64,000 nt of DNA, taken from positions 15,376,001-15,440,000 of the forward strand of contig OX597838.1 in NCBI GenBank assembly GCA_951406725.2. The letters are read 5' to 3'. Below the pieces are notes generated by a model. That model made no database searches and was not told the DNA's origin. It worked only from the letters and a program-made list of their open reading frames with translations. The position numbers and the translations under genes were made by a program. Source of the stretch: Octopus vulgaris. Lineage: Eukaryota. This document shows positions 37,335-49,808 of the stretch, one piece after another (the first letter of the stretch is position 1; the number at the start of each line of letters is the position of its first letter).

Positions 37335-37570
37335 TGGCACGTAAAAAGCACCATCCGATCGTGGCCGTTTGCCAGCCTCGTCTGGCACCTGTGCCGGTGG
37401 CACGTAAAAAGCACCCACTACACTCACGGAGTGGTTGGCGTTAGGAAGGGCATCCAGCTGTAGAAACACTGCCAGATCAGACTGGGCCTGGCACAGCCTT
37501 CTGGCTTCCCAGACCCCAGTTGAACCATCCAACCCATGCTAGCATGGAAAATGGACGTTAAATGATGATG

Positions 37571-37572
<2 letters not shown>
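37335..37572 (+). mobile_element. RTE LINE 3' UTR (family D), young
   Basis: near-identical to 29359-29638; (GAT)n tail. Confidence 0.85.
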
Positions 37573-37601
<29 letters not shown>

Positions 37602-38148
37602 CATCATCATCGTTTAATGTCTGTCGTCCATGTATGTGTGGGTAGAACAGTGTATATATATAGGGTACACACACGCACCATCATCGTTATCATACGTCTG
37701 CTTTCCATGCTGGCATAGGTTAGATGGTTTAACTGGAACTGGCATGGTTTCTATGGCTGGATGCCCTTCCTAATGCTAAACACTTCAAGAGTGTAATGGG
37801 TGCCATTTACATGAGACTGGCAACAATTTCACTTGCACGCGTGCGTGCACACACACACACACACACCTGTACATCACTGATTTTTCAGGCGACTGATGGC
37901 ACCTCCTTTAATCCAGATAAGTTACTCGAGGAGGAACTTAAAATTCCAGTCTAGTTCACTGTGCGACCACAGGTGGCATTGTGTGTACTGTGTGTTTACA
38001 TGCATTATTTACATAGCACTTGTTAATAGTGACACCAACACTTTTATTTTTCTGATTTCCTTTACTTATGTAGGTTAGAGTTACCTTTAGCTTTGGCTAC
38101 TACAGGTGAAAGAACTGAGAGCGTCGCCAGTAGTTTCAAATGTAAACA

Positions 38149-38331
38149 CTAACCCTTTAGCATTCAGATTACTCTGTCAAATGTAAAGCTTATCTATTCA
38201 TGTTGTTTTGAATTAATCATGGATTATCTCATAGCTTTGAGATTTTGATGATGTGATTGTTTATTTGAACCTAAACCCAAACAGGTAGAATATTTTGGAT
38301 GGATGTGGCCAGTTTAAATGCTACAGGACTA
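38149..38331 (+). mobile_element. piggyBac-type MITE E, internally deleted
   Basis: aaccctttagcattcagattactctg start; lacks the central segment. Confidence 0.75.
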
Positions 38332-38397
38332 TAAACCATATCAATCTAGCTATTTTCAAATGAGGAAACTGTACTTCAGAAACAGTTATGGATGTTG

Positions 38398-38839
38398 TTT
38401 AACACCTTTGATACTAATCCACCCTAGTCTGCTCCTGGATCCATGATAAGAATTCCTGCTTTAATCCTTTAGTATTCAGATTTTTCTGTCTAATATAACA
38501 GTTATTCACATTGTTTTGAATTAATTATGCGTTATCTCATAGCTCTAAGAGTTCAATAATGTGATTGTTGCATTTTTAGAATGACATTGTTGGGTAGGTG
38601 TGAGAGATGTGATCTGGCTGTTTTGAACATAAAACAGGTAAAATATTTCCGCTGGATATGGCCAGTTTAAATGCTGCAGGGTTAAAGTTATGTAAATTAA
38701 AACCTATTAAAATTTTATATTTATACTTCAAAAACCACCCCAATAATGGCAGTTATTTTACTAAATTCTTCATTGTTTTCAAAATTAATTGAAATGAAGA
38801 CCGTACTTTTCAACAGAAATATGGTAACAAAAGGGTTAA
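38398..38839. mobile_element. MITE I with MITE E nested at a TTAA (38461-38685)
   Basis: outer right end GGTAACAAAAGGGTTAA; inner element flanked by TTAA. Confidence 0.75.
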
Positions 38840-39251
38840 CCCCAGATCAGCCCTGACCCAGTAGATCTATAATCTGATATTCTATTCTAGCCATATCTAT
38901 CCTGTCTCTTACTCACCAATGTATCCAATCAGAACTACCTTATCCAATGAATTGTACAGTAGTTAGTTGTTGTGGCTGTTGATGTAGATGTTTATAATCC
39001 TAGGTCAGCTCTGACCCAGTCGATCTAGGGATCAAAAATTCCAGTTCTAGATATGCCAACTTTTATTCAGACAGTATATCTAGGACTACATTATCTAATG
39101 TTTAGGATAGAGCAGTTTATGGCTGCTGTTGTGCTTAACTGTAGTTGTTTAAACCAAGGTCAGATTTGATCCTGCAGATCTATCAACAAACACTATTGGT
39201 GATATAATGCAAATAAACATATCTAGAAGAACATGATCCTGTGTGTATCCC

Positions 39252-39480
39252 TTAACCCTTTAGCATTTAAACCGGCCATATCTGGCCAAAAGTGTTCTGC
39301 CTATTTTATATTCAAACTGGCCAGATCTGGTCTCTCACACCAACCCTACAATATTGTTTCAAAAATTAACAGCTACCTCATCAAAATCTCATAGCTACAA
39401 GATAATGCATGATTAATTCAAAACAATGTAGATGAAGAAGCATTAATTTTGGCAGAATAATGCGAACACTAAAGGGTTAA
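39252..39480 (-). mobile_element. piggyBac-type MITE E
   Basis: TTAA-CCCTTTAG ... CTAAAGGG-TTAA, reverse orientation. Confidence 0.88.
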
Positions 39481-40399
39481 AGATTGATTTGAGAAAGGTG
39501 TGACAGTTATTTCTAGCTGGTTGAATAACCACAAAGAGGTTCTCTTGATAGATTGTGTCTGAAAGTTGATTACAATTAAGAGCCAAGTCTGCTGCTGCTG
39601 GTGCTGATGATGAACGGCATAAATAAGCTGATTCAGACTAGCACGACTGCACCTAATATACCACCAACCACTGTTTTATAGCCTGGCTGCATTTAAAAAT
39701 ACTAAACAAATCTATTATCTCAGTTGTCGCAATGCAAGGTAGCGCCAATATTTAGATAATTCCTTTGTGTCAACAATTCCTTTACACTAGCAGAGCTGAG
39801 GTTTTTGTATCGCTTTCGGTATCGGTTCTTCTTCACAATAGATTCGCGAATGTTAATAACTCTACCATCGATCTTGTTGCCAGTCAAAAGCTGGTTTGCT
39901 TTAGAAAATGACTGACTGTCATCACTCTGCTGTCTCTGTCTGTCTGTCTGTCTATTTTTTTTTTTCCTTTTTCCTTCCTTCCTTCCTTTCACAGTTAATT
40001 TTCTTCCTTGTTATAGGCATTTGGCTAATGAACAAAATATGTAAATCTTCTCTCTTGGTTAAGATCAAAAATGTGTATAGTGTTTGTTATTGGAAAGGAT
40101 TATTAATCACTCTAAGAAGATTATCGAATGATGAGGTATTAACCTTCCTTTGATTACTTAAAGCTGCCTTATTGGTTTTGATGTCTATTTAATATAGTCA
40201 TTATCATATATAATAATAATAATAATGCGGGGAAGTTTTGATAATAGTATCATGACTCTTCATGTAATCTTGTTTTTTCTTTAGCACTTGGATGTTAATT
40301 TGCTAATTTGCTTATGTATATATATGTATAAAATTAAAGGATGATGTATTATATGCAACGAAAATAAAATCTTAACTGAAACTTGCATTTGATATTTAG

Positions 40400-40785
40400 A
40401 AAGAAAACAAAAACCTAGTGGCAGTTGTTTGTAACTTTCAAAGAAAAAGGGTGATAATTTCAAGAAGTTAATTTAATTTACTTGCTTAAGAGAAGAAAAG
40501 TTTGATCTTTGTTTGCAAGCAAGGGACAACAGTGGATATGTTTCTGTCTGTTAGACTCCACTAGCATTATATAGCTTAGCTACTCCTATAAATCTAGTTG
40601 CTGTTGAAGTCTAACATATTGAAATATATATATCTATTGTTACTCCTTGCCTGCAAATAAAGATCAAGTGGGTTTTTTTCCCCTTCCCTTAAGTATGTAA
40701 ATTAATTTGTAATTTTTTAAAATTCTTTCTCCTTTTCTTTGAGAATCAATAAAACAATTATCACTCAATTTTGGTTTGCTTTTGC
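40400..40785. repeat. Long diverged palindrome (fold-back element)
   Basis: nested complementary blocks: tcaaagaaaaagg/ccttttctttga, aatttacttgcttaag/cttaagtatgtaaatt, tgatctttgtttgcaagcaagg/ccttgcctgcaaataaagatca, tgttagact/agtctaaca. Confidence 0.8.
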
Positions 40786-40889
40786 CAACTAAGGGAGATT
40801 TCTACATCACCTAACTTAATTTAGCCAAATTCATAACATTAGCCCATTCAAGTTATTTTTGCTTAGCTCATGTTATTTATATATATATA

Positions 40890-41079
40890 AAGGGAAGTTT
40901 ACGAAAATAAACAAAAGATGAAGGCAGGTGGAGTACAAACAAACAAATGTATTAGTATAGCGCTCAGGAATAGAAATAGAAAAAGTCTTTTACGTTTCGA
41001 GCCTACGCTCTTCGACAGAAAGATACACAGAAAAAAACAAGGAGAGAAAAAAATGCGTGTAGGAGCTAACGATCTATCT
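40890..41079 (-). mobile_element. Second copy of the hammerhead-bearing ~185-bp element
   Basis: reverse complement of 26421-26603; 3' end abuts (TA)n. Confidence 0.7.
40986..41023 (-). ncRNA. Putative minimal type I hammerhead ribozyme
   Basis: UCUUU-CUGUCGA-A-GAGC(GUAG)GCUC-GAA-ACGU-A-AAAGA. Confidence 0.6.
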
Positions 41080-41124
41080 AGCATCAAAGGCGGACGTTAA
41101 ACGATGATGATGATGTGTGTGCGT

Positions 41125-41328
41125 TTAACCCTTTTACTGTAGAAAGCAGTTTTATGTTCCAATCTATCTTTCGTTGAAGAATGTCATATTTGAAACTTTC
41201 TTCTGTTGAGCTATGTCAAGGTTTGTGAGGCAACGTGACTTGCAGAAACTACTGATTCTATTTTTGGTAGATACTTAACATCATTACAGGAATAACCATG
41301 AAATTCAATTTCTCAGTGAAAGGGTTAA
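41125..41328. mobile_element. piggyBac-type MITE (third family)
   Basis: TTAA-CCCTTTTACTG ... CAGTGAAAGGG-TTAA. Confidence 0.75.
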
Positions 41329-41504
41329 TGCTGATACTTGACTGTTTCGCTACTCTTAGTTTCTTGTTTGCATACTCAAGAGACTGAACAGGAACAGGAA
41401 TATTATCTGACTTTGACTGAATAACTAATTGAAGAATTTGATTGAATTAACGAACTCTACTATAAGTAATGAGTGTTTTTGTCTTTTTTTTGTACATGGA
41501 AACA

Positions 41505-41892
41505 TCATCATCATCATCATCGTTTAATGGCCGGTCTCCATGTTGGCATGGGTTGGATGGCTTGACATGGAGCTGTCTGGACTCAAACTGTTTGTTGTGG
41601 TATGGTTTCTATGGCTGGATGCCCTTCCTAATGCCAACCACTTAAGAGTGTACTGGATGCTCTTTTCATGTCACTGTCACAGGTGCTTTTTAAGTAGTAG
41701 CAGCACCTGCAAGGACAAGGCCTATATGTGTGGAAGACAGGGATTTTACTTCGCTTGACCTGTCTTATCAAATACAGCCAATCACCATATCACCTGGTCC
41801 CTTGTCATTTCCTCAGTGAGGTCCAGTGTTTGAAGATCTTTTCTCTCCATTTTGTCCTAAGTCTTCCTGGGTCTACCCCCTCCACAGGTACC
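41505..41892 (-). mobile_element. RTE LINE 3' end with ORF C-terminus
   Basis: minus strand GTCGGGRPRKT*DKMERKDLQTLDLTEEMTRDQVIW; (GAT)n tail. Confidence 0.8.
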
Positions 41893-42121
41893 TATTTCTT
41901 TATTACCCACAAGGGGCTAAACATAGAGGGGACAAACAAGGACAGACATAGGTATTAAGTCGATTACATCGACCCCAGTGCGTAACTGGTACTTAATTTA
42001 TTGACCCCGAAAGGATGAAAGGCAAAGTCGACCTCGGCGGAATTTGAACTCACAACGTAACGACAGACGAAATACGGCTACGCATTTCACCCAGCGTGCT
42101 AACGTTTCTGCCAGCTCGCCG
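41893..42121 (-). mobile_element. Full-length young SINE C flanked by a 117-bp direct repeat
   Basis: flanks 41776-41892 and 42122-42238 differ at only a few positions. Confidence 0.92.
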
Positions 42122-42336
42122 AGCCAATCACCATATCACCTGGTCCCTTGTCATTTCCTCAGTGAGGTCCAGTGTTTGAAGATCTTTTCTCTCCATTTCG
42201 TCCTAAATCTTCCTGGGTCTACCCTTTCCACAGGTACCAATGAATAATCATAGTTCAGCAAATATTAAAATTACCACAGAACAGGATTACATGGAACAAT
42301 AGGTTTATCTTTTTCAGTTTTTGCTTTAGTCTAGAG

Positions 42337-42537
42337 CAGTGGTTTTCAACCAGGGTTCCGCCAGTACAGTCCAGTGTTTCCGCAAGAAGTTACAAAACTG
42401 CTAAAATCGGCAGTAATTTTTAATTCTCCTGTGCAGATATGTATGCATAAGACTATTAAATTATTGCACAGAGGTTCCTCGAGCCAGTGAAATGTTTCCT
42501 TGGAGTTCCGCTCCAGCAAAAAGTTTGAAAAGCACTG
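42337..42537 (-). mobile_element. hAT MITE (family F)
   Basis: reverse copy of 2032-2232; perfect 8-bp TSD GTCTAGAG. Confidence 0.93.
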
Positions 42538-43977
42538 GTCTAGAGCATTGTTTTATAATTAACATATTGATTTAATGGAGATAAGATAGTTGATACCTGT
42601 TTCACAATGTATTGGCAGAAGAGATCCTGCTTCTGACCTCTACAAGCTTTAGTAACAATTAGGGAAAGCCCAATGAGGAGAGAATTTACTTGCAAGGCAT
42701 TATTTAATAATAGTGAATCCAGATTTTGCAGGAGAAAACAGTTGGATATATAGGGTCCAGTAATTGACTGGTGCCTGTATTATAACCCAGAAAGAGTGAG
42801 AAACACAAAGTTGACCTTGGCAAGGATATAATTGAAAAGGGATATAGTTAAATACTACAAGATTTTTTTTATCAGCAGCACTCTATCATCATATTAATAA
42901 TTTCTTTATTGGCTACAAGGGCCAAATGTGTTGTATGCTGCCCAAGGGAATGGGATACAAAACAGAAAGGGGAGAGATTACATCTTGTAGGGAAAAAAAA
43001 AATCCGAAAAAAACACAGCAATAAAATAAAAATGTCCACTATTGTGGTGTGGTGATGGGGTTCAAGAATACAAGAATCCATCCCCAACAGACACACAAAT
43101 CAAGGATTACCCAAGCCACAAAGGGTAAGATGCCCTCTCCCAGCTGTAATAACAATTACTTCCTGGTAAAAAGTGAGAGGATTTATATAAATGAGGATAC
43201 AGATTGGGACCATATGTTAGAGATCAGATACATAATATGGTTTGATATAAAACCCTGGGCCAAGCCTGATATAGCAGGCCTGTGATATGACAATCCATCA
43301 TCTTTTGATAACATAGTGTTCACTTATTTATTAGGTATGTTTAGCCTATGGCAGCCCTGATTGAATAGGCCTCTCCAACCGTAACCATCTTGACTTTTCA
43401 AAGTTCGTAAGACTATATTATCAAATGTATCCTTTCTTTTTTAAGTTAACAGGATGTGATATAAGGGAGATTTGGCTTCTATTTTCTGCTAGGTGAAGTA
43501 ACCCAAGTAAAGAATTTCCTTACAGTCACATTGTATGAATGAGTGGGTTGGGGGTGCAGATGTTGAAGGAAACTGTAAAAAATGCGACCTGGCAGGTAGG
43601 GGTGAGGTGGAATATTTATATTAATTAAAGGAGTTTGCTACAGTCTTGTGCTTGTCTGTTCTATATTATAGGAATTAAGTGGACAACTGACAGGAAATGT
43701 TTGGACTGTTGCTGCTGCTGCTGCTGTTAGTACCACCAGCACCGCTACCACCTCCACTACCACCTCAGCTACCACCATATATTTTCTCCATATTCTGCTG
43801 ACCCACTTTTTACACTGTCCAGTGCCATAGTGGATGTTAATAACTGGGTTTGAATGAATGTTTATTAGTGTGTATTTCTGTGGGTGGTAAATGGGGGAGT
43901 GCCTGCCCAAATTCTTTGCTTCTTTTTCTTACTGTTTTAGAATCTCTTTTGTCAGGTTAGTTACCTACTGCCAACCT

Positions 43978-44056
<79 letters not shown>

Positions 44057-44146
44057 ATGCATTTAATATATGCGTATACAAATTTACACACTTACACATG
44101 CTTAAAAATACCAATTGCATTTTTTTACTTTTCTTTTATACACACA

Positions 44147-44197
<51 letters not shown>

Positions 44198-44919
44198 CCG
44201 GTCTCTCTTCCCCCCAAAACGTAAGTGATATCCCATGAGGAAGTCATTGCAGTCTCTGCATACAAATTTATTTCACCTGCCTCATAGTTCTCAAATCACA
44301 CACCTTTACTGTCTTTAAAAAAATGGTATTATTGGAATGTTGAGGTACAGTACAGATTGGTGCGATTTAGTGTAGATTGGTACAATATAGAATAATGTAG
44401 TATATGACATTGAGTAGTGTGAAGGTGGCAAGCTAGGCAAAGTACCACGTAAGTGGCATTTTGTCCATCTTCATGTTCTGAGTTCAAATTCCTCTGAGGC
44501 TGACTTTGCCTTTCATCCATTCAGGGTTGATAACATAATTATCATTTGAATACTGGAATGTAAACTCCTGTTTTAAGACAGTAAGGTGTGTAATAATAGA
44601 GAGATTTAGCTGGTGGAGCAACAATATACACCTGTGTTTCACATCCCATTTTTTTTTTTTGTCCCAATGTCTGCTTCATTTTTTTTTTTTTTGTGGAAAA
44701 ATATATGCATCCCACTATGAATGGATAAAGTAAGCATCGAAGCATGTACACACATGCACTCACATAGCCAAAGGAAGTCTTAATTATATTTTATTGCAAT
44801 TTTTATTCATTTGTTACCTACTTATGCCTCATTTCTGAAGTAAAACCCACCCTATTAGTGGGGCATGTGCATCACTTTTGAGGAAGAGGCTATAGAAACT
44901 TAAATATCATTAGATGCTA

Positions 44920-45065
44920 TTTTTTTTAAAACTTTGGTAGAGAGAGAGAGAAAGAAGAATGATTATATATATATATATCATCATCATCATCGTTGATGAT
45001 ATATATATATATATATATATATAATCATTCTCTCTTTCTCTCTCTCTACCAAAGTTTAAAAAAAT
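44920..45065. repeat. Near-perfect palindrome, ~65-bp arms
   Basis: aaactttggtagagagagagagaaagaagaatgat(ta)n-tcatca mirrored by tgatga(ta)n-atcattctctctttctctctctctaccaaagttt. Confidence 0.9.
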
Positions 45066-45206
45066 ATATATATATATAAAAAATAAAAAATAAAAATATG
45101 TATATATATATTTAAGGATTTATATATATATATATATATTATATATTATTTTTTTTTTTACTATTTCTCTACATCTGCTAAGTAAATATTAGTCAGTGTG
45201 TGTGTG

Positions 45207-45252
<46 letters not shown>

Positions 45253-46362
45253 TAAATGTATATATAAAGTATAAATCCAATTAAGGTATAAATCTACATC
45301 TCTACAATCTGTAACTAGTTCGATAAGTGCCAACGCATGGAATTCTCAGCCCTTGTCCCCTGAGTCAGTCTGTTATCATAAAATAGTTATATAATGTAGA
45401 ATATATACAAAAATGGTGTTATATTCTACTGCTCTGTACTTTATCACGCTACTTTGTATGACACCACACTATTCTGTATGACAGTAAATCCATCACAATA
45501 TCCAATATCATCTTAACATCGTTATTTGCATCAGTCAGCTACTGTAGATATTGCTCTCTCATTCTCTTCGATAAGTAACTCTCCTGTCTCCATGGCGATC
45601 GTATCTTTTATTTCCCCTCTGTTTCATAAAACAATCAAGAGAAAGCAAAGGGAAGAAAAATAACTGGCAGTAAAAAACAATAACACAAACATACACAAAA
45701 AGAATAGACCCCCCCCCAAAAAAAAATCAAAAACAAAACAGTAACTTTTGGTGATTTTTTTTTTTTGTAAAGGAGAAAATTAATGTGATTTTAAATATGA
45801 TACTAGCTTCAGGTGTGACCGTGTCTTTACACACACACAGATGCATAGGCACAGGTATTGTTGCGTGTTAAGAAGATTGATTCCTAATCACATTGTTCTG
45901 GTTCGGTCTTAGTGTGTGGCACCTTGGGGAAGTGTCTTCTACTATAGCCCTGGGCCAGTTAAGGCCTTTGAGTGGATTTAGTAAACAGACATTGAAAGAA
46001 GCCCAATTTATATACATTTGTCTATGTGTGCATATATTTGTATTTGTGCCACCAATAGAGAGGTGTTGGTTTGTTTATATCCTCATAAATTAGCAGTTTG
46101 GCTAAAGAGACAGATAGAAAAAGTGCTAGACTTTAAACAGTACTAGGGTTGATTTGTTTGACTAAACCTTTCATGGTGGTACCCCAGCATGGCCACAGTC
46201 CAGTGACTAAAAGAGAGAGAAAATACAGGGTATGTCAGTTTTTTTTGAGGACACCTCTTTCAAGAGCTTTAACTTTTTTTTTTTTTTACCTTACTTTTCG
46301 GATAAATAATGTCAGACATCAGGTTGACTTTGCAAACGAAAAGGTGCCCTGTAATCATTACC

Positions 46363-46590
46363 TTAACCCTTTAGTGTTCAGATTACTCTGTCAAATATAA
46401 TGCTTTTTCATTCACATTGTCTTGAATTAATCCTGCATTATCTTGTAGCTCTGAGAATTTGATGATGTGATGGTTTATTTTGAGGGTGTCATTTTAGGAT
46501 ATGCGTGAGAGGCCAGATCCGGATGGTTTGAACATAAAAGGAGTAGAAAATTTGGGCCGGATATGGCCGGTTTAAATGCTAAAGGGTTAA
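46363..46590 (+). mobile_element. piggyBac-type MITE E
   Basis: TTAA-CCCTTTAG ... CTAAAGGG-TTAA. Confidence 0.88.
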
Positions 46591-46602
46591 AAGAGCAGCA
46601 TA

Positions 46603-47168
46603 CACTTGCGTCGGAAATTAATTAGCACTCCTCAAATTTCTACATTTTCTTACATTTTCTTAATTTAATTAACTTATTATCAGAAACGAACTCGTTTTTA
46701 ATCAAAAATTTATTAAAACATATCCCAGCACACCACATAATTGTTATTAATCGTGAAATTTAGTCAATATCTTGTTGCTCCTCCTTTGGCAGCAATGACA
46801 GCTGCTACGCGGGTCGGCATGCTGTCTATGAGTGCCTGCAGGTACTGTGCAGGGATGGCCCCTCATGCAGCAAGAAGTGCCCCAAACAGCTTGTGTCGGT
46901 TCCTGTATTGCTGCACATTCAAATCCCTACCCAATCGACTCCAGAGGTTCTCAATAGGGTTCAGGTCAGGTGACTGGCCAGCACGTACTCCTCGCCACCA
47001 AAGAGGTATCCCGTACTATCTCAACGTACTTTGCTGCGTTGATGTTGCCTTCGACGGCATAGAGCCGCCCAACACCACTGTAGCTGAACGCCCCTCACAC
47101 CATCAGACCACCCCACCATGCTTCATGGTGAGCAAATAAAGGGTGCTAATTAATTTCTGACGGTAGTG
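46603..47168 (-). mobile_element. Internally deleted Tc1 transposon
   Basis: TA TSD on both sides; 28-bp TIRs (4 mismatches); minus-strand remnants KHGG..LMV and QSPDLNPIENLW...LIDSMPTRVAAVIAAKGGATRY*. Confidence 0.92.
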
Positions 47169-47289
47169 TAAATGACACAGAAAAAGCTCACTTCCTGAAA
47201 GTTGCCTAATCCTTCAGTTGTCAAAGTTCAAAAATAGCTGGAAGCTGCTATAACAAGGCTTGAACATCAGTAGCTAAATGCAAAACACA

Positions 47290-47485
47290 TGCAGAGGGTC
47301 TTAATATCATCAGACCACACAACTTTGTACAAAAAGGGCCAAGAAATAATTGATGAAAACTCGAGAAAGTCAGTCATTGCTAAGGACCTGAAAGTTTCAG
47401 AATGCACCATCAAAAGAGCTGTGCATGAGGTTGTCTGGTACAAGTCATACATAATGTTGTGGGGTCAGCTTGTGTCGGATTTGAC
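47290..47485 (+). pseudogene. Transposase N-terminal fragment, maT/DD37D-like
   Basis: QEIIDENSRKSVIAKDLKVSECTIKRAVHEVVWYKSY resembles the HTH region of mariner-family transposases; subfamily call is from memory. Confidence 0.6.
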
Positions 47486-47524
47486 AAGGGAATCGTTCAG
47501 TCCATGCAAAGTGCTTGCTAGAGT

Positions 47525-47890
47525 CCAGCAAGATTCTGAGCCATCTTTGGGTCACCGCCTTGAAGAATTGTAGTCAAAAGAATACCCCCTCCCCCAGTAC
47601 TTATTTTCTTTTAAGCCTGGTACTTATTCTGTCAGTCTTTTGCCAAACTGCTAAGCTATAGGGATGTAAATTAACCAACACCAGTTGCGAAGCAGTGGTG
47701 GTGGACAAACAGACACAAACACACATACACACGAGATTCTTTCAGTTTCCATTTACCAAATCCACTCACATGGCTTTGGTTGACCCAGAGCTATTGTAGA
47801 AGACACTTGCCCAAAGTGTCTCACAGTGGGACTGAACCTGGAACCATGTGGTTGGGAAGCAAACTCTTTACCACACAGTCATGTCTGCAC
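47525..47890 (-). mobile_element. SINE B, diverged
   Basis: reverse-complement homology to family B. Confidence 0.82.
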
Positions 47891-47916
47891 CTAATATATA
47901 TATATATAAATATATA

Positions 47917-47968
<52 letters not shown>

Positions 47969-48011
47969 CATATATATATAGAGAGAGAGAGAAACATATA
48001 AGAAATTGCAC

Positions 48012-48167
48012 GTGTGGTAAGTAGCTTGCTAACCAACCACATGGTTCCGGGTTCAGTCCCACTGCGTGGCATCTTGGGCAAGTGTCTTCTGCTATAGCCC
48101 CGGGCCGACCAATGCCTTGTGAGTGGATTTGGTAGACGGAAACTGAAAGAAGCCTGTCGTATATATG

Positions 48168-48198
<31 letters not shown>

Positions 48199-48395
48199 GT
48201 CTGTGTTTGTCCCCCTAGCATTGCTTGACAACCGATGCTGGTGTGTTTACGTCCCCGTCACTTAGCAGTTCGGCAAAAGAGACCGATAGAATAAGTACTG
48301 GGCTTACAAAGAATAAGACCCGGGGTCGATTTGGTCGACTAAAGGCGGTGCTCCAGCATGGCCGCAGTCAAATGACTGAAACAAGTAAAAAGAGT
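48012..48395 (+). mobile_element. SINE B, young, missing a few 5' bases
   Basis: near-identical to 19440-19841. Confidence 0.92.
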
Positions 48396-49034
48396 ATACG
48401 ATTTGATGGGCTTCTTTTCATTTTCTGTTCACACAATTTCACTCACAAAAAATGGGTCAACCCGAGATAATAGAAAATGATCGTATGCTTAAGATTCTTT
48501 GTGGTTGTGAATAAAACTTCTTAATTATTCACCCATATTATGCTTGTGACAAATCCTCTCACAACCTTGGTTGGCCCAGAATTTTTGTAGAAGACAATTG
48601 CCCTAAGTGCTGCACAGCAGGACTGAACCCAAGACCACATGGCTGGGAAGTTAGCTTTTTAACCACGTTGTCATGCCTGCACTTGTAATATCTATGTCTG
48701 TCTGTCTCTCTCTGTATGTATCTATCAATCTATAACATACAAACACATACTCTTGCATATTGAGTTCTATTTCTTGCATTTGCACCAAACCTTTATTTAA
48801 AGTCTGTGTCGATTTTCATTAAAAAGAAGAAAAAATAGAAACCCAGTTTCATTTATGCCAGTGTCTCTCTATGGATGGGCATTAGTGATTTGACAGATAA
48901 AGAATGATAAAATATGTACCAGACTCAAAATTAGTGCTGGAGTCAATATGATCAACTAAATGCTTGAAGGTTGTGCCCTAGCATGGCCTCAGTCAAATCG
49001 GAGAAATCTCTAAAATCTCTCATATGTATGTGTG

Positions 49035-49084
<50 letters not shown>

Positions 49085-49329
49085 TATATATAAATAAAAC
49101 ATACACACGTACACACACATGTACATGAGAGACGGAGTATACCTATAAATATAGCATTCATTCATGTACATACTATACTGTTATGGTGTGTGTGTGTCTG
49201 TGTGTGTGTGTGTGTGCGCGCGTGTGTAAAATCATGATTCTACTTCTGATTTGTTTGGTTCCTCCTCTTCTCCCTCATACCTACCTTATGTATTTTATAT
49301 TTTTCTCTTCATCTTTACCACTTATCTAT

Positions 49330-49699
49330 GTGTATGTATATGTATGTATATATATTTATATGTATATATATATATTTATATATATATTTATATATATATT
49401 TATATATATATATATATTTATATATATATTTATTTATATATATATATTTATATATATATATATATATTATATTTATTTATATATATATATATTTATTTAT
49501 TTATATATATTATATTTATTTATATATATGTATATTATATTTATTTATATATATGTATATTATATTTATTCATATATATGTATATATATTTATTTATATA
49601 TATGTATATTATATTTATTTATATATATATATATTATATTTATTTATATATATATTTATATTTATATATATATATTATATTATATATATATATATTATT

Positions 49700-49766
<67 letters not shown>

Positions 49767-49808
49767 TATACACACACACACACACACATGTGTATATATG
49801 TGTGTGTA
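49330..49808. repeat. Complex (TA)n / TATT low-complexity tract
   Basis: direct reading. Confidence 0.95.

Noticed and set aside
46741-47139. 132-aa + strand ORF
   Set aside because: Antisense shadow of the minus-strand Tc1 transposase remnant
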